Counted from the first letter of the stretch, positions 50,093 through 62,787 are shown. The stretch is 64,000 nucleotides of DNA from Blepharisma stoltei ATCC 30299 (GCA_965603825.1 CBFDEM010000013.1:186001-250000); one strand, 5' to 3'. The notes: a model not told the origin generated them from the sequence alone. Made by a program: numbers and translations.

Positions 50093-51457
50093 TTATTTTA
50101 TTATATTTTGCCTTGTTTCTGCAAGAAATAGAACACAAGCGGTATCTATTAGAAAAGAAATAGAATAAATAGCTAATGCAATTTCTTTTCCTCCTGGAAT
50201 ATCAAGCAAAACTCCTGTAATGGTAGGAGATATAATTCCTCCTATCCTTGCAGCTGAAAATAGCCAGCCACTAGCAGTATTTCTAATTTCTGTAGGATAG
50301 GATTCAGGTGTAACCGTATAAAGGCACCCATATCCCATTAGTACAACAAGACTCATAAGTGATGTGCAAATCACAACTAAAACTACATTGCCAGATAGCA
50401 AAAATAAAAACACAAATAAAGCTGCTGAAAATTCACAAGCTGCTAGTGTTTTCACTCTCCCAAATTTTGTATTAACTAAGTACGCTGCCAGAAAAACACC
50501 TGGAATCCCGAATAATTGTTGAATAAAAATTGCAATGTACTGTGTCAATTTTGAATATTCACTTAAAAATCTAGGCATAAACATCAAAACATTCACATAT
50601 CCGAACATTTTGGTAAAATAAATAACTGTCAGCAACAAGCTAGCTCTTAGATGATCTCTATGAAATAGCATTTTATAGGAATTTGATTTAGGTTTTGAAA
50701 CGGAATTTTCATTTAAAATTGGATCAATTAGTGCAACTACTGCTTCATCTTTGCCATTAACAGCAGCTATTTTTTTAAGTATTTTTTCTGAATTTTCTTT
50801 ACTTCCTTTAGCGAAATAATAGCTGGGGGTGTCATCCATATCCAGCCTATATATAAAAATTAGCAAATCGTAGAAAAATATAAAGGAAATGATAAGTCTT
50901 CAGTTTGCGATTTCAGAATAGTTAAATAATTCTACAAGAACACATATTAAAGCTACAAATGCACCACCCATCCCAAAAAATGAAGACAGAGCAGTCACGT
51001 AGCCAGAGTTCTTCGGTGGGCAGAATTCTTTAAAAACTACACCAGACACAACAAGTTCGCCTGACACTCCGATGCCTATGATAAATGCACAAATAATGAA
51101 TAATACGAGAGAAAACGAAAAAATCATGAATAAGCTAAAAATAACTACAATAAGTAAGCTTTTTTTAAAAGAAAACATCCTTCCATATCGATCTGCCCAA
51201 TATCCTCATAAAACAGATCCTGCAAGCATGCCTATTTGATATAAAGTCCCAATAAATCCTCTTAATGAGTTTGATATATCTCATTCATGTGAGATACTTG
51301 AAAGTATTATACCTATAAGAACTACTCATAGTTGACTATTTGTTCAAGCCTAAATTTAAATTACGAGTCCACATTGGATGAATTTTCTCTTTTGATAACT
51401 TCCTCAGCCAATTTTGTCTAAACACTGCGCTGTTGTAAGCATTGTCTCGTTTGACAT
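50093..51457 (-). CDS. MFS transporter, SV2/SVOP-like (~449 aa); intron 51350-51364
   Basis: DKIGWGSYQ, ADRYGR, KEFCPP, TPESYPTEIRNTASG, RIGGIISP. Confidence 0.87.
51350..51364 (-). other. 15-nt intron GTAATTTAAATTTAG
   Basis: Removes in-frame stops. Confidence 0.82.
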
Positions 51458-51660
51458 TTTTATTATAACGACGTGTCGTTGAAATATTGATTTATTTATA
51501 ATATAAATTTAATATTAATTGTTGTGCGGCTTATTTAAAAACTTAAATATTTTTGAGAAAGAACGTAAATGATGAAAAATACCATAGCAGAAATGGTCAG
51601 AAGCTTAAATAAGCATTATCATTTTCATTTTTAGAAACTTCTTTATAATTATTAACAGTT

Positions 51661-52578
51661 ATGGCTTATACTGCTTCTCCAGCACAATTTCTTTCAACTG
51701 AAGACCATCTCCGCAAAATGCTCAGCAAAACAGGCGGCCCAAGTTTCGGAACCGATGTCAAATACTTGCCTCGTAATTCTCATTCTCCTTTTGGTGACTT
51801 TCCCTCAGGCTATGTGATTCCTTCAAAACGCATTTCAACTGAATTCAATTTAAGCCCAGTTCATGAAGCATCACAAGCTGCAAGCCAGCCTAATGAATTT
51901 GTCAAAAAAGGCAAAGGTTCAGGAGGCAAAACTTCTTCATTATTCCATGGAAGAGAACAGCCAATAGAAACTCCTCCTAGAGCTGGAGCTTTTAACAGAA
52001 GACAAATCCCACCGAGTGAATTCAGGAGATTTTATGACCGTGGAGACCTTCCTATAGCTATAAGTCATGGAACAGGCAATAAAATTGCATGGAAAGTTCC
52101 AGTGGAACAGCTAGATTATCATCACTATTTACCTATTTTCTTTGACGGGATAAGAGAAAAGCATGACCCTTATAGGTTTTTGGCTATACAAGGAGTTCAT
52201 GATATGCTTGAACATGGAGGTAATAAAGTTCTGCCTGTAATTCCTCAGCTTATTATTCCAATAAAAACCGCTTTGAATACTCGAGACGCTGATATTATCA
52301 GTGTAGTCTTAAAAGTATTGCAAAAATTGGTAACGTGTGCAGATATGATCGGAGAAGCTTTAGTACCTTATTATAGGCAGATTTTGCCGATATTTAATAT
52401 TTTCAAGCAAAAAAATATAAATTCTGGAGACAAGATTGATTATTCACAAAGAAAGAGACAAAATATAGGAGAGCTTATACAAGAAACATTAGAATTGCTG
52501 GAAACTACAGGTGGAGAAGACGCATTTATTAACATCAAATATATGATACCAACTTATGAAAGCTGCGTATTGAACTAA
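51661..52578 (+). CDS. PACRG: Parkin co-regulated gene protein (axonemal inner junction)
   Basis: [49 protein letters not shown]. Confidence 0.96.
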   Translation: MAYTASPAQFLSTEDHLRKMLSKTGGPSFGTDVKYLPRNSHSPFGDFPSGYVIPSKRISTEFNLSPVHEASQAASQPNEFVKKGKGSGGKTSSLFHGREQPIETPPRAGAFNRRQIPPSEFRRFYDRGDLPIAISHGTGNKIAWKVPVEQLDYHHYLPIFFDGIREKHDPYRFLAIQGVHDMLEHGGNKVLPVIPQLIIPIKTALNTRDADIISVVLKVLQKLVTCADMIGEALVPYYRQILPIFNIFKQKNINSGDKIDYSQRKRQNIGELIQETLELLETTGGEDAFINIKYMIPTYESCVLN

Positions 52579-52932
52579 ATAATAAATTATTAGGAAAATT
52601 ACGAATAATTTGCCTACATTAAATGGGATTGCTATATTTATTTTTGGCTTCAATTTTTAGCTCTAAATATTTTTACTGTAAATATTTTAATATCTTTATA
52701 ATCCTCATAATCATCAATTTTTCATAATTTCACGAATTCTTCTGTATGATTTGATACCAAAATAGATCGAAACGGTTTTCGCATAATTTATTCCTTTGCA
52801 ATTTCCATTAAAATTATACAAAACTATTACTTTCTCCTACTTTACGTTGTTTTTTAAAAAATCATCACACATTAGTTTAAATAAATACCTAAACCAAAGC
52901 AGTTATTCATATTAATCAGTGATAATAATAAA

Positions 52933-53268
52933 ATGACAGATAATTGGAACGCTGAGTTCGCTGGCTGCTGCAATGTTTGCCCTGCATTTTGCTTAGTTTG
53001 CTCGAACTGTACAGCAGGGGCTGCACTAATGCAAGGAGTTACTATTTGGGAAATGAATGGAGGTCAAGGAGGATGTGGAGAGTGTTGTATAGCCTGCTGG
53101 CTTTGCTGCATTGGTCTTGCAATCAACCGTGGTAAGATAAGGGAAAAATATAACATTCACGGAAGTTTTATGGTGGATTGCCTACTTTATTGGATTGGAT
53201 GCGCTTGCTGTATGGTTACTCAAGAATATAGAGAAGTCCGTCTACGCACTAATAAACCCGCTCAATAG
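52933..53268 (+). CDS. PLAC8/cornifelin Cys-rich protein
   Basis: W...GCC, NRGKIREKYNIHGSFMVDC, CACCMVTQEYRE. Confidence 0.88.
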   Translation: MTDNWNAEFAGCCNVCPAFCLVCSNCTAGAALMQGVTIWEMNGGQGGCGECCIACWLCCIGLAINRGKIREKYNIHGSFMVDCLLYWIGCACCMVTQEYREVRLRTNKPAQ

Positions 53269-53588
53269 AAATATCAAATAATAAATAAACTTAGTTATTT
53301 AATTAGGTAGCTAAAATAGACTGTACATTTCAAAAATGTCTAGCTTGTGATTTAACTAGTATCAAAGAAGTTCTTGCATTAACTAATAGAAAACGTAGCT
53401 ATTTCCATTGATAAAGGATTGGTTGCAAGTTCTAATTATACAAAAATCCCATAAACAATGGAGACTCTTAGAAGGCCCAGACGAAAGCAGTAAAATACCC
53501 TTCAACCAATAATTAAACATAATCAAAGTACTTATTTAAATTCTCTAGTTATATCCAGATGATTATCAATAAATTTCATATTTTTCAT

Positions 53589-55550
53589 TTATTCCTTACC
53601 TATCATATCTAATTCCAGAGCAATGGAATAATCCGAAATAGCTTTATCCAGCTGCCCCACACTATCATAGCAGCACCCTCTATTGAAATATGCATTGGCA
53701 TTCCTTGGATCCAGATCAATAACATTAGAAAAATCCTTAATGGCTGTTTCATAATCGCCAAGTCGCTCATACGAAATTCCTCTATTGTGTAATGCATGAA
53801 TATTAGTCGGGTCCAGTTTTATAACCGCTGAATAATCATTGATGGCTTCATCATAATTTGATAATTTAGCATAACAATAAGCCCTGTTATTATAAACTTT
53901 CACAGAAGCTCCTCCATATTCTAACTCTTTAGTGTAGTCCTCTACCGCTTTATCAAATTTCTCTAGTTTCCTCCATGTGAGTCCTCTATTAGCATAAATA
54001 ATTGGGTTAGATGGGTCTAGGTAAAGGGCTCTATTGAAATCTTCTAAAGCGTCTTCATATATTTCAGCATTTCTTAAGCAGCAGCCACGATTGTGCCAAT
54101 AAACAGGGTTTTGTTGGTCAAGCTCAATGCTCTGTGTGAAGTCTTCAAGGGCTTCTTGATGCTTGAAAAGGCGGTCCCATACCAGTCCTCGTCCATTATA
54201 CGAAGGTGCATAATTTTGGTCAATTTCAATGACTCGATTAAAGCACTCTAAGGCTTGTTCTAAGTTCCCAGTTTTTTCCATCAAAGTTCCTAAATGATGG
54301 AGGGTGTTAACGTTATTAGGCTGGAACCTTAAAGCTTCCATATAGTCTCGCTCAGCTTCAGCAATTTTTCCTATTTTGTCCCAACAAAAAGCTCGGTTAT
54401 AAAGAGCTTTGAAGTGTTTTGGGTCAAGTTTTAAAGCTTGGGTATAGTCTTTGATGGCTAAGTCGTATTCTTTTAATTTTCGATATGCGAAACCTCGGTT
54501 ATGGAAGAAATCAGCTTTATTTGGCTCAAGATCTATTGCACGTGAGAAATCTTCAACTGCCATAGGGAAATTCCCACTTCTGTCATATGAAATTCCTCTG
54601 TTATAATAAGCAAAAGCGTTTTGAGGATCCAAATCAATGGCTGCTGTATAATTTTCGATTGCCTGCTCAAAATTCCCAGTTTTATCATATGCAAAAGCTC
54701 TATTGAAAAGTGCTTTAAAATGCCTCGGGTTGATCCTTAGGGCCTCTGTATAGAATCCAATAGCTTTTTCAAAGTCTCCTTTTTGCCTTGCAGCATATCC
54801 TTGTGAGTGAAACCATTCAGCTTCCTTTAATGCTTTTTCAGACAAGTTAGGACTCAGCTGTGGTTTTGAGCTAGTTTCCCGTTTAGGAGCTGCATTTGGT
54901 TTGGCGACTCTGGGAGGTGGGATAGTATCTATGGTTTCTTTATCTTTTTCAAACTTTTGAGGAGTACTTGACCTTGGAGGCACAAAAGAAAAAGGGTCAT
55001 CTTTAGCTTCATTGGAGTTGGTTGTGTTACTGAATGAACTTTGGAGATTTCGGACATAAGACTTTCCAGGAGATCGTCTGCCTTCTTGATCTCTTTCTAA
55101 AGCCATAGAGTAGTCTTCAATGGCTTGTGCGAAATTGCCTTTACGGTTTTGGCAAGCTCCTCTTGCATAAGCTGCATTAACGTGGCAAGGGTCAAGCTCA
55201 AGGACTGTTGTGAAATCTAGGATACTCTTATCAATTTCGCCGAGTTTGTCATATGCGCAACCCCTTAGGTAGAATGCTCCTACATGGTGGGGTTCAAGCT
55301 GGATAAGAGAATTGCAGTCTTTTATTGTTTCTTCATAAAGCCCTTTTTTCATATAGCTAGAAGCACGAATAAATAAGGCTTTTGGATGATTTCCATCCAT
55401 AGTGATCTTTCTTGTGCAGATCTTTATTAGATTGTCAACATCATTATTTAAGCGGTAAGGTCTGCTGTGGTCACTTCTGTTTTCTTGCTGAAGGACTCGC
55501 CTTCGGTGCATTGCATCCATAAGAAGCTCAGTTTCCAGTTCGTCTGACAT
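53589..55550 (-). CDS. Tetratricopeptide-repeat protein (653 aa)
   Basis: Many 34-aa repeats of type AYYNRG...AIEDY..AI.LDP. Confidence 0.93.
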   Translation of the reverse strand: MSDELETELLMDAMHRRRVLQQENRSDHSRPYRLNNDVDNLIKICTRKITMDGNHPKALFIRASSYMKKGLYEETIKDCNSLIQLEPHHVGAFYLRGCAYDKLGEIDKSILDFTTVLELDPCHVNAAYARGACQNRKGNFAQAIEDYSMALERDQEGRRSPGKSYVRNLQSSFSNTTNSNEAKDDPFSFVPPRSSTPQKFEKDKETIDTIPPPRVAKPNAAPKRETSSKPQLSPNLSEKALKEAEWFHSQGYAARQKGDFEKAIGFYTEALRINPRHFKALFNRAFAYDKTGNFEQAIENYTAAIDLDPQNAFAYYNRGISYDRSGNFPMAVEDFSRAIDLEPNKADFFHNRGFAYRKLKEYDLAIKDYTQALKLDPKHFKALYNRAFCWDKIGKIAEAERDYMEALRFQPNNVNTLHHLGTLMEKTGNLEQALECFNRVIEIDQNYAPSYNGRGLVWDRLFKHQEALEDFTQSIELDQQNPVYWHNRGCCLRNAEIYEDALEDFNRALYLDPSNPIIYANRGLTWRKLEKFDKAVEDYTKELEYGGASVKVYNNRAYCYAKLSNYDEAINDYSAVIKLDPTNIHALHNRGISYERLGDYETAIKDFSNVIDLDPRNANAYFNRGCCYDSVGQLDKAISDYSIALELDMIGKE

Positions 55551-55830
55551 TTTTAAATAGAATTGTATTATCTTTACTTGAAAACTAAATTGAGCGCTTA
55601 ACGATTAAATTAGAGATGATAAAAAGTGGTTTCCTTGGGCATACGAAGAGACTTAACAATAAGGGCTTAAAAGAATTATCTATAAGAAGAATCTGATGAT
55701 CTCTTGAGAAAAGTTTGGGCTTATGAGATTATTCATAATTCAGAAATCAATTGTAAAATTCAATTAGTTCAAGATAATAAAAATTATGATATTTTAAAAT
55801 ATATTGAATTCCATTTACATATTTTTTCAG

Positions 55831-58401
55831 ATGATATTTCAGATATGGGCTTTCCTTTTGATTTTTTGCAAATGTAGCCAAATATTTGAAGTAGATAGCG
55901 TTTGAATTCTTGATGATATGAACTTTAAGCAAGCTCTAAAACTGCAAAAAAATATTTTAGTTGAATTTTTTGCTCCATGGTGTGAGCATAGCAAAAAATT
56001 AGCTCCAGAGTATTCCAAGGCAGCTTTTACATTAAAATCCAGAAATCCGCCAGTGTATATAGCAAAAGTTGATGCCACTGCTAATCCTATAATTACAGAA
56101 ATATATGGTGTAACTGGGTATCCTACACTTAAATTGATATCAGAAGAAGGATCAATTAATTATTCATAATTTCTTAGAATTCCAGCAAATTGTGAAAAGT
56201 TCCAAAGTATCAGTAGTTTTATTTACCAAACTAAAAGCTCCCGAATACTTTATTGCTGTGTCCAAGCGTTTTGACGACGTTTTATTTATTGTCTCAACAA
56301 ATCATAGCTCATTTTCTCAATATTCAGTAAAAGATGGAAATGTTATCATGCTTAAGCAGTATGATGACAAAATTGTTCAATATTTAGAAACTAGATCTAC
56401 GTCCCAGCTAACAAGATGGATCGAAAAAAACAAAACACCTTGGACCCAGCCTTATAATAATGATGTATCTTATTACATTTTCCAAGAAAAACACCCTGCT
56501 TTATTCTTTTTTAGATATGAAGCAGACGCTTTGAAATATAATGAGACTTATCAAAACTTAGCAAAAGAGCATAAGCAGGAATTAGTTTTTACACATGCTG
56601 ATTTATCATGACCAAAATATAGAAAAATTGGCGAGTTTTTTGGGGTTTCTAGATATCAAATGCCAACATTTATGATAATAGATCATAAAGGAGGAGAAAT
56701 TAACAAATATTTCTATTCTAAAGATGTAAAAGAAAGCGATGCGGAGGATTTTATATTAAAATGAAAAAATGGAGAAATTAAGCCTTATATAAAATCTGAG
56801 CCAATTTTAGAGCAGCCAACCGAAGAATTAGTAAAAACAATCGTTGCTCAAAACTTCGAAGAAGTTGTTCTCAAATCAGATAAAGATCTGTTAGTCCTAT
56901 TCTATGCACCGTTTTCTGCCAATTGCAAAAACCTTTTATACTTTTTACCTTGAATAGCCCAGATTTCGAGCAAACCAAACCGATTTTAATGCATGAAAAT
57001 CTCAATTTGCCTTATATGGGGGAAAGCAAATCAAGTTAGCTAACAAATATTCTAACATTTTTTAACTGTAATAAAGCTTTTCTTTTATATTATTGATAGT
57101 ATTTAAATTTAGAGTTATTTGGTTCCCTTAAAATGTTAAAGAACTAAAATATGAAGTTAGAAAATGTATGATCAGTAACAAAATTCAAATAAATAAGGAA
57201 CTTATCAGATTTTTTCAGAAAACTGTTCAAAATAAAAAATTCATATCGGTGAATCTTAATGCTATTTTGCCTATGACCTAAGCATGGGTAGAGATAGATG
57301 CATGATTTTCACCTAATATTCTGCATGCGAGGAGATTTCATGATTGTAAGCTTGAATCAAATATTTTAAGTAAAAATTGATAAGTAGTCTAAAAGTAGGT
57401 TTCAGGATGTAGACTTTTTGGAATTCTTCTGACTCCATCTTTAATTTCAATTCAAGATCTTTAGGCATGATCTAAATCATGGGTTTCGATCCACATATAA
57501 TATTCCTTAATTTTTTGATTTAATTAGTGTGAGCATAGATCACGTATTTTAGTAAAATTTATTCTTGTAATAGCTAATTGTTTGCATACGAGTTTATCTC
57601 ATGAATTCAAACTCAAATCATGCACTTTAGAAAAAATTGATTAGTAGTAAACACAGTGTGTGTCAAACAATTCAATTTTAATGTTTATCCAATTTCATCT
57701 TTAATTGAATTAAAGACGGAACCCTACGAACTCGAAAAGAATACCGACTTTTAACCTATCGTTGATTTTTACTAAAATTAAGCTATTTAAGTTCTTACTA
57801 GTTGAAGCTCGTCATATGTAATCAAAAGTGCATCATTAAAAGCTTTTCAGCTGCTTCATTTTTTTCTGACAAATTTATCAGAATTCTGATCAGCGATTTG
57901 AAAAGTCTTTTTTCATATGTCTTCTCAGATTTGACTCCTTAAAATCAATTTAAAGAGCCAAAAGACTTCCAATAACCAAGCTATTAATGCTATTAATTAA
58001 TAACTTCTTATCTTATAAAATATTTGAACTACTCAGAAGACCTTGCTAATTGTTTTTCCCATAAAGAAGCAAAATGAGGCTTTCATATTCTAAAAGATGT
58101 CTAGTTTACCCTAAAAATCATTCTTACCATGATATTCAAGATAATAAGTATACCTGATTATGAGCTAATTGCCTATACGTTCAGAAATGTTGGTGACATT
58201 GCTATACTGAAAATCGATGCTTATCACAACAGTGTAAAAGGTCATTTTGTGGAAGATTTTCCAACAATAAAATACTTCCCAGCCAATAATAAAAATGGAA
58301 TTTTATTTCAAAATGATTTGAATTATGAAAGCATATTCCAATTTATCAAAGAGCACTCATCATTTAACTTTGGATCTAAAAACGTAAAATTCGACCTTTA
58401 A
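55831..58401 (+). pseudogene. PDI: Protein disulfide-isomerase-like gene, disrupted by a frameshifting deletion (~56167) and a 1212-bp insertion (56939-58150)
   Basis: Signal peptide from ATG 55831; FFAPWCEHS, AKVDAT, GYPTLK; GEIKPYIKSEPI; FYAPFSANCKNL / PDYELIA...FPTIKYFP; C-terminal KFDL. Confidence 0.8.
56939..58150. mobile_element. TA-flanked non-autonomous TIR element or retained IES (1212 bp)
   Basis: TA at 56937-38 and 58151-52; TIRs TACTTTTTACCTTGAATA versus TACTTATTATCTTGAATA (16/18); excision leaving one TA gives AAC CTT TTA CCT GAT TAT in frame. Confidence 0.85.
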
Positions 58402-58501
58402 TTTATTATAGAAATTCCTTTTCAATTTGCTGCTAATTAAATAGACTAAGTTTTATATAGCTTTCTCTGTGAAATTCTAATAATTAAATTCACATTCTTA
58501 T

Positions 58502-60742
58502 TTATGATTTATTTTCCATACTAGTCTCTCTCTTCTCTTCTTTTTCTTGCTTCAGTGCTTTATGTGAATCTCTTTGCTGCTTAAACTTCCCTGATGGCAG
58601 AGGAGGCTTAGAAATTGTCTGAGACTGCGAATGAGAAAGAGAAGATTTTGGCTTCTCAGATTCCATGGAAAAATTCAAAGGTTTCAACTCACCTTTATTA
58701 GTAAACCCTCTTTCTTTCATATTTTTTATTAGTTCTTGTTCTTCTCTCGCCCTTCTCATCCTATTCACTGTTTCTGCTACCCCTTTCTTTTCTAATAAAT
58801 CAGCACTTTCATTTAAAATCGGCTTTTCAAGTTTAGGAGTAAATGTGCATTCCGCTTGAGCTTTTTCTATCTCAAGCTCTTCTGCAGTTCTTGCAAGTTT
58901 TTCTTTTCTTTTTCTTTCAATTTCTGATAAGTTATATAAGGCAACTGAGCGATGCACATTTGGATCTTCACTTATTTTTTTATATTCCTCAGAAAGTGTA
59001 TCCTTTGGGTTTTTTTCTGCCATTTTGTAAGCTGGTTTTTTGTTAATTGAAGGCTTAAATGTGCATTCTTTTCGGTTTTCATGTTCGTATTCTTTTTTAA
59101 GCTTGTTTATTTTTTCATCAACTTTTTGCTTTTCTGAGATCAAATAGTCTTCATGGCTTTTATTGGTGCCTAAACTTTCAGTCCTGCGTAGTTTTACGCC
59201 ATCAGCCATTTTCGAACTGTCTTTATTTATTTGTGGACGAAAAGTATATTCCACTCTATTTTTGTATGTAGGATTTATATTGGAATGATGTGTTTGATTG
59301 GTTCTGTTTTCATAGAACATATAAAATACTCTATGAAGCTTGGCTACTTCATCTTCTAATAGAGCGAATTCTCCATCTACAAGCCTTCCTATTGAGCTTG
59401 TGACAGATGAAGATTGATCAATAGAAGCACTCATTTCAGGATGGTAATAATTCATTATTCCCATAATAAAAATTTCAAGGTTTTTCCTACTTGCAAATCC
59501 GCTATCACCGCCTAAAAGCTTTCACATTTTTATCACAAGCTCCTTTTCTTCAGAATTTTTATTGTTTTCAGGTTTATTTTTGATTAAGAAAAGTTTTTCT
59601 AATAATTGAACAGTATTGGAGTAGTTCAATTTATCTTCATTTTCAGGATCAAGGAATGTAAAGGCTTCTTGCATTTCTTTTTTAAGCTTTGCAATTAAAA
59701 CTTGTTCAGATTTGCTGCTTATGAATTTTTCTTTTGGAGGACTTGGGGCTTCTTGCTCTTTGTGAATTCTTCTTACAGCATCATCATATAAAATTTTGTC
59801 TATTGAGCCAGATCTTTTAAGTCCTTTGGATTTTGTATTGACAGTTGGTTTAAACTGGGATTTTTCAATTTTCTCTTGTTCTTCTAAAATTTTCTTGACC
59901 TGTTTACTGTTTTCAGTCTTTTTCATTTTGAATAATTTCTCATGAACAGGTTCATTGCTCTCCCCCTTTTTCGCAAGAATTTGCAATGATTTTTCACAAA
60001 TAGATGGCTGGAAGCTTTGCTCAGTTAAACTTTGTGATTTTATGTTTTCTTCTCTCTTTGCATTTAATTTATCTTGCTTCTTTTTTTCATAATTTTGCAT
60101 TTCACTTATAAACTCGTCTACAGTTCTTTTATTGCCATCTGCATTGACAGAGGGCTTAAATGTGCATTCTTTAAATTCCTCTTGATGTATATCTTTAGCA
60201 ATTTTATCAACCTTTTCTTTGACTTTTTCTTGATATTTATAAAATCTCTCTTCAACATCAATATTTTCTTTATGTTCAGATTTTGGAGCCATAATATCGC
60301 CAAAGTCAAGCTCTGAGTGAGAAAAAGATTTTTCTATTTTTTTTACAACTTCTTTACTTTTTTCAGTGCTATTAGCCTTTGTGTGGGCTGAGGATTTTAA
60401 ATCGGCTGAATGGTTTGTTTGTTTTTTAGAATCAAGCTGTATGTTTTGCTTAGGGGCAGGGTTTGGAGTTGGAAGCTTGGTTGGTTGAGGGATCTTCGAA
60501 GCTTCTTTTGCAGTTTCTTTATTTTCAGGTGGATTAGGCTTTGCTGGCGGGTTTTTCTCGCTTTCGCTTCCACTCTCATCTTCATCGAAATCTTCATCGC
60601 TACTTTCAGGAGTCTTTTCTTTAGTAGCTGGCTTTATATTCTGGGGTTCTATAACAGATACTTGAATGCTACCTACTGCTGTTCCTTCTTCAACGTCCAT
60701 ATCGAAATCGCTGTCTTCGTCGCTCATTGAATCACTTTGCAT
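58502..60742 (-). CDS. Low-complexity/coiled-coil protein with (EC)TFxP repeats and an EF-hand-like segment (~746 aa)
   Basis: ECTFKPS, SFQPSI, FKPTVN, YTFRPQIN, ECTFTPKL; TGA=Trp at 59522. Confidence 0.7.
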
Positions 60743-61268
60743 TTTTAATTATAACCAATATCAATTAATTTAAATGTCATTTTTGAATTTAATTGCTTAA
60801 AAGCATTTTTAAATTATATATAAGCGTTTTTCGTATTATTTAGGTCAATCCTATAGAAGAAGTGATAAAAGAAATTTTGCGAAATTTAAAAAGGAAAATT
60901 GTGCTATTATTTCTGATGAAAAGTAGAACTAGGAAAAATGAAATATTAGAGAGTGATAAGACCTAATTTAATGAGAATTTTTATTAGGAAAGTCTAAATG
61001 ATAACATAATAATATAAAATTTGAATTAATGCTTGAGATATTGCGAAATAAATAAGGATATGCTTTTTAAATTAAATCCATCATATTTAAGCTTTAAAAA
61101 AATTTAAATTGTATAGGATATCTAATTTTTCTAAATATTCTGTTAATATCGGAATTCTCGTTTTATTAGCGTAAATTGAATTTTCAAATTTAATACCAAA
61201 AAGATATTAATATATAATCAATATTACTATTAATACTGAGTATTCAACTCTATGAAGAATTTAATAAT

Positions 61269-61610
61269 CTAATTTTCCCATTCAGCTTTCTCTATTAAAT
61301 TTTTTTCTAAAATAAATTTTCCTTCCTTATATTTCTGTTCTGGCTCGAGAGCCCACTCGTATTTTCATCCCAGCTTACAATCGCAATTTTTACAAAAAAT
61401 ATCACAACAACTATGCAGCCCTGTCCTCAGCATCCTTTCTTCTAATACTCCTGTATAAATATTGACAACTTTATTATAAAGATAAGCTTTTCCAGTTCCA
61501 GCCCAAAAATCCTTCGAAATAAGCTCCCTATTATTGGTCAAATGAGCTTTGCAACTTCCACACACATATAATTGATTGGAATCTAAGTATTCTAGATGTA
61601 GTTTTCCCAT
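61269..61610 (-). CDS. YPEL: Yippee-like Zn-binding protein (~113 aa)
   Basis: CGSC..HL, LISKDF, GKAYLY, TGLH...DIFCKNC..KLG(W=TGA)KYE...QKYKEGKFILE. Confidence 0.92.
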
Positions 61611-61706
61611 TTTTATAAAAGAAACCTCAATAACTTGCAGTCAGATGCTTTAAAGTATAAGCGGATTATTTAAATTTCTTATATTAAGAATCTATAATTT
61701 GATTAT

Positions 61707-62354
61707 TTAGATTGGTAACGTAACTGATTTCTTATTATTAAGCTTCGCCAGAACATAGTAATAGAAGAAGTCTGCGTACAGAATTGATTGTATAATACCA
61801 GCGAATAGTGAAATATAAGAAATCTCTTCATTGTTCAAAAATCTAGAGATCCAGTTAATGATATAAAGTACTCGATAAGCTCCTAAACAAAAAACATAAT
61901 GCGACTGTAAATTTTCAACTTCCCTCATCTTGCGTAGCATTTCTAGTTGTGGAATAAAAGCAACAGCTTCAAGGAATATCGAAAAACTCCATAATATTTC
62001 CATATGAGTAAACTCTGTATTGAAAAATAGTCCAAGGATGAAGCATGGGCCAAGAAGGTATTTCCAGTACTCAAAGTTGTCACCTCTGGAGTCATAAGTT
62101 TGCTTGTATATTTTAGCGAACCTCATCAGATATATCAGATAGCCCGTTAAACATATAAAGGTTATTTTCATTAGTGTGTTGTAAGCTGACACGTAATATG
62201 TAAAGAGGTCCAAATATCGGGCAACAAATACAATGAAATATAACTCTTGGGTTTTGCATGATATTCCAACACAACTCTTGGTCTTTCTGATTCTGAAAGC
62301 CAAGATGAGGAGTGATGCTACATGCAACATATCGCCCATAATCCGGAAAAACAT
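61707..62354 (-). CDS. ERD2: ER lumen protein retaining (KDEL) receptor
   Basis: FRIMGDMLH, GISCKTQELY, RYLDLF, FSIFLEAVAFIPQL, LGAYRVLYIINW, LYADFFYYY. Confidence 0.96.
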   Translation of the reverse strand: MFFRIMGDMLHVASLLILAFRIRKTKSCVGISCKTQELYFIVFVARYLDLFTYYVSAYNTLMKITFICLTGYLIYLMRFAKIYKQTYDSRGDNFEYWKYLLGPCFILGLFFNTEFTHMEILWSFSIFLEAVAFIPQLEMLRKMREVENLQSHYVFCLGAYRVLYIINWISRFLNNEEISYISLFAGIIQSILYADFFYYYVLAKLNNKKSVTLPI

Positions 62355-62787
62355 CTTTTATAAACCATTAGCGATTATTAAAATTTTAGAAGCCTTTTAA
62401 AACACTATGGCAGGATTAATCGTTTACATTGTTATTTATACTTTTGAGGGATTTTAAATAGAAAATATAATATTGTATAGAGGAAATAGATAGCAATAAA
62501 ATTAAATTAACTGAAAGAAAAAATCTTTAATTTTTAATTTTTTATAATTTAGTTTAGAAAATTTCTGCAATAAAAATTTCAAAGGTAATTTAGAATTAAG
62601 GCTTCTACTATGGCATGCACTTAGATCTAAATAAATTTTATTTTAATAAATTAAATCTATACAATTTTTAATTATTCAATTAGGAGATGAAACAATGCTA
62701 TCATAAATTCGCCGTAATTTTATTAATTGAGCAAAGATATCTGTAAAATTTTTTATGCTATTAATTTTCATAATTTATTAAACAGTT

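Noticed and set aside
1-52578. Centriole/cilia gene cluster (NEDD1, SAS-4, PLK, MORN, NEK, PACRG)
   Set aside because: Dispersed among unrelated genes; such genes are abundant in ciliates
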